From: Hamiltosporidium tvaerminnensis FI-OER-3-3
Lineage: Eukaryota; Fungi; Microsporidia
DNA length: 64,000 bases
Assembly: GCA_022605425.2 (NCBI GenBank)
Contig: CM061252.1
Location: 434,001-498,000 of the forward strand
Direction of reading: 5' to 3'
Made by a program: the position numbers and the translations under genes. Within the stretch, counting starts at the first letter, position 1. Each line of letters begins with the position of its first letter. Below, in pieces: positions 60,588 to 64,000 of the stretch. The notes beneath the pieces were generated by a model that saw only the letters and a program-made list of their open reading frames with translations, did not search any database and was not told where the DNA came from.

Positions 60588-62879
60588 CTACCTCCTCCCT
60601 GGCAGTATATCATCTATTCTCATAATAACACCTGCACACTCTAATGCCATACATATATACCCCATACACACCTTAACAGGCATAAACACAATATCACCAC
60701 TACTTCTTATACTTAACACTATCCTTTTAAATGCTTTACTTATTTCTACTAAGCATAACCCTTTACTACCTCCTATATTATTACCTTCTTTAATTAACAC
60801 CTCTCCTATTACTTCTTCTATCCAACCACCACCAAATACTACAAAAGGTAAATCATATAAACATTTACTAACACTTAAAGCATCTATAATATTCCTATGA
60901 CACTCCTCTAAGACATCCTTACCACCAGTAAGAAGGATTGAGCAGATATTATTATTAGTAGTAGGGTTGTTGTTAGTAGTAGGGTTGTTAGAGGGATGGA
61001 TAGTAGTATTTGTAGGGTTATTAGTATCTTCTATACTAACACCATCTTCTATACTACTAACACTTATATCCTTAATATCTCTACTATTATCTCTTATATC
61101 CTTACTACTATTATCCCTACTAATACTAGTACTACCCTCACCACTAACACCACACTCCCTACTACCCTCACCACCACTAACACCATCCCTACCACACACA
61201 CCACCACACCCACCTATCCTTATGTACCCTTCACATACCTCTACTTCTACTTCCCTTACATTACCTTCTATATACTCTACATCACTAACACCCTCTACCC
61301 CTAAACACATACATATCCTTTCAATGTCTTGTCTCTCTACATCACTAACAACCCAACACCCTTTTCTTTCCATATAAAACTTACAAATATCATTTATACT
61401 TTCTTTTAAAATACTTTTTTGTATAATTATAATATTAACACCCTTTTCTAATATTTTATTACAAATATTTTTTAAATATAAGTGTTCTTCTTTTATTAAA
61501 GTATCCATTTGATTTGAAGTGGTTATTGATACTTTAGAATCTGTATAAGGTTTAGGAAGGGATAAAGGGAAAGTAATAACAGCAAGGGATCTTATTATGT
61601 TGTTATTGTTGTGTGTGGTGGTGTGTTGGTTGTTGTGTGTGGATGTATTGTTAGTGGATGTATTGTTGTGTTGGTTGTTATATTGGTTGTTAGTATTACT
61701 ACTATCCTTATTACTATCCTTACTATTACTTATACTATTATTACTACTCTTACTACTATCCTTACTAGTATCCTTACTACTATCCTTACTATCCTTACTA
61801 CTATTACTACCACACTCCAACATACCTCCCTCCCTAATACACTCCCTAATACTCTCCCCCCTTGTTACCTTATACTTTAGTATAAGACTATCATACATCT
61901 TTATATCCTCAAATGTACCTCCTTCTTTCTTTATAATATTTATATTCTTAATATTACCTTTAGTTTTAATTATAGAATTAATAGCTATAGGTGTTAGTAT
62001 AGAAGAGGGTGTTATTTTAGAGGAGAGAGAGGTATTAATAGCATTAACAAGTATTTTATTACCAAGAGAGAAGTAAGTGGTAGTATTGGGGTTATTATTA
62101 TTATTGTTGTTATTGTTGTTGTTATTGTCTTTGGTATATTTGTTGTTATCTCTTATGTTATTGTCTTTGGTATATTTGTTGTTATCTCTTATGTTATTGT
62201 TGTTATTGTTGTTGTTATTGTTGTTATTGGTATTATTATTGTTGTTGGTATATTGGTTGTTATCTCTTATGTTATTATCCTTATAACTATCCTTATTACT
62301 ATCCTTGTTGTTATCCTTGTTGTTATCCCTTATGTTATCCCTTATGTTATTATCCTTATAACTATCCTTATTACTATCCAACTTACTATCCAACTTACTA
62401 CTATCCAACTTACTACCCTCCTTACTATTATCCACCTCTATCTTACTCCTGCTGTGGAGAAGTGTGGTTGTGTGTGGGTCGGTGGATATGTGGATAGAGT
62501 GTGTATGTATAGTATGTTGTACATACTGTATAGCTAATTGTATAGCACTAGAAATATACGTAGGATGTACATCAGTAGTAAGTGGATATAAAACATCAAG
62601 TATATATCCTGTAAGTACTACTATAGAAGTAGTACCATCTCCACAATTAGAATCTTGAGAAGTTGATAGGTTGGTGAGTAGTGGAAAGATTGGGTGTTTA
62701 AATTTTAAAGATTTAAGTATTGTGGCACCATCGTTTGTTATGGTGGGTGGAGTGGTTGATATTAGTTTTGTGTGGGATGATGGACCTAGAGAGGTTGATA
62801 GGTATGATGAGAGTGATGATGCTGCTTGTATGTTTGATGTTAGTATTTTTGATGTTCTGGATGATTGTTTTGTGTGCAT
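60588..62879 (-). CDS. cct4: T-complex protein 1 subunit delta (CCT/TRiC chaperonin) with low-complexity insertions
   Basis: SNIQAA...TSLGP, ITNDGATIL, GDGTTS, delta-type IQKSILKESIND (cf. IQKSILRDA..D), DVERQDIE, GGG and C-terminal IMRIDDI. Confidence 0.88.
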   Translation of the reverse strand: MHTKQSSRTSKILTSNIQAASSLSSYLSTSLGPSSHTKLISTTPPTITNDGATILKSLKFKHPIFPLLTNLSTSQDSNCGDGTTSIVVLTGYILDVLYPLTTDVHPTYISSAIQLAIQYVQHTIHTHSIHISTDPHTTTLLHSRSKIEVDNSKEGSKLDSSKLDSKLDSNKDSYKDNNIRDNIRDNNKDNNKDSNKDSYKDNNIRDNNQYTNNNNNTNNNNNNNNNNNNIRDNNKYTKDNNIRDNNKYTKDNNNNNNNNNNNNPNTTTYFSLGNKILVNAINTSLSSKITPSSILTPIAINSIIKTKGNIKNINIIKKEGGTFEDIKMYDSLILKYKVTRGESIRECIREGGMLECGSNSSKDSKDSSKDTSKDSSKSSNNSISNSKDSNKDSSNTNNQYNNQHNNTSTNNTSTHNNQHTTTHNNNNIIRSLAVITFPLSLPKPYTDSKVSITTSNQMDTLIKEEHLYLKNICNKILEKGVNIIIIQKSILKESINDICKFYMERKGCWVVSDVERQDIERICMCLGVEGVSDVEYIEGNVREVEVEVCEGYIRIGGCGGVCGRDGVSGGEGSRECGVSGEGSTSISRDNSSKDIRDNSRDIKDISVSSIEDGVSIEDTNNPTNTTIHPSNNPTTNNNPTTNNNICSILLTGGKDVLEECHRNIIDALSVSKCLYDLPFVVFGGGWIEEVIGEVLIKEGNNIGGSKGLCLVEISKAFKRIVLSIRSSGDIVFMPVKVCMGYICMALECAGVIMRIDDILPGRR

Positions 62880-62969
62880 TTTTTTTTTATTTTTAAGGGG
62901 TGTGGTGTGGTGAGAAATATAAAAAAGATATTTTGAGAGGAGAAATATGGAGAAGGATATTTTTAGAAT

Positions 62970-63156
62970 GTAAAGGAATTATAGTAGTAAGGAATTATAG
63001 TAGTAAGGAATATAAAGGAATTATAGTAGTAAGGAATATAGTAGTAAGGAATATAAAGGAATATAGTAGTAAGGAATATAAAGGAATTATAGTAGTAAGG
63101 AATATAAAGGAATTATAGTAGTAAGGAATATAGTAGTAAGGAATATAAAGGAATTA
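62970..63156. repeat. Tandem repeat upstream of cct4
   Basis: AAGGAATTATAGTAGT and AAGGAATATA subunits reiterated. Confidence 0.88.
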
Positions 63157-63231
63157 AAACAAAACTTTTAATATTTTTATTTGTAACTAATGTGTAATAA
63201 TTTTAGAGAAAATAAATTGTAGTTGTAATTA

Positions 63232-63465
63232 CTTATATAAGAGTATTTGTTATAAAGAGTCGTTATAAAAGTACCTGTTAAAAAGAGTCGTTATTATAAT
63301 AGTATTTGTTATAAGAGTATTTGTTATAGTTTTTATTATAAGAGTACCGTTATATGAGTACCTATTATAAGAATACCTATTATAAGAATACCTGTTAAAA
63401 AGAGTACCTATTAAAAAGAGTACCTGTTATATGAGTACCAAACAAAAGAGTACCTGTTATAGTTT
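63232..63465. repeat. ~17-bp degenerate tandem repeat
   Basis: AAGAGTACCT(G/A)TTA(T/A)A and variants reiterated. Confidence 0.8.
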
Positions 63466-64000
63466 TAATACATTTAATAAAAATTCTGTTTAAATATTAA
63501 TAACGTATCTATTGTATTTGTAATGTTAATTTGAATGTAATATTATTAAAAATAAGATATAAAGATTATAAAATGTTATTTAATGTATTAATTATACTTT
63601 TAAAGTGTATTTAAATATTGTTTATAGGTAATAATATTTATTGTATAAAGACTATAGGAATTAGATATTAGGATTATAATTTAAGACTTGTTAGAGGTAG
63701 TAATATTTATTGTATAAAGACTATAGGAATTAGGATTATAATTTAAGACTCGTTAGAGGTAGTAATATATTGAATACAAGAGTAAATTACTTGATAAAAT
63801 TTATTCCGTGGATCTTATTATGTTTGAATTTATATAGTTTAGTTCTTTTATAATATGTATATATATTTTTAGAAGATGTGTTATACGTTATGAGTTTATA
63901 TTTCTTTATTTCTTATTTAGAGTCATTTCAGTTTAAAATTATATTTTTATAAAATTTCTTTTTAATTTAACTGTGTATATATTAAAGTAATTAAAGTTTT

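Noticed and set aside
60967-62913. Leu/Val-rich + strand ORFs opposite cct4, and antisense or alternative-frame ORFs over 55072-58928
   Set aside because: Shadow ORFs generated by low-complexity repeats within real genes.

Overview
Very AT-rich, gene-sparse eukaryotic DNA that reads like a large-genome microsporidian. Intronless CDSs, CCC motifs just upstream of ATGs and GGGTGTTA/'KGVNN' low-complexity inserts resemble Hamiltosporidium; this taxon is inferred, not searched. Recognisable genes are an Rrp6-like protein with a degenerate active site, an EFR3-like protein, FAM72, a probable ARID1/SWI1-like protein split by one TAG, CCT4 with large low-complexity inserts, two paralogues of a secreted ~550-aa family (one with a nonsense codon) and a small secreted protein. 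Mobile DNA dominates the rest: a complete TTAA-flanked piggyBac, a Merlin/IS1595-like relic, three 5'-truncated pieces of an R4/Dong-like RLE LINE, a solo hAT end and two copies of a ~240-bp bipartite RTE-derived element. The most notable item is a ~740-bp non-coding retroposon family: four near-complete copies, one diverged copy and one fragment. It shows target-site duplications, a TTTAAATAAA tail, pairing-preserving substitutions and mosaic recombination between copies. All calls were made by eye; no searches or folding programs were run.
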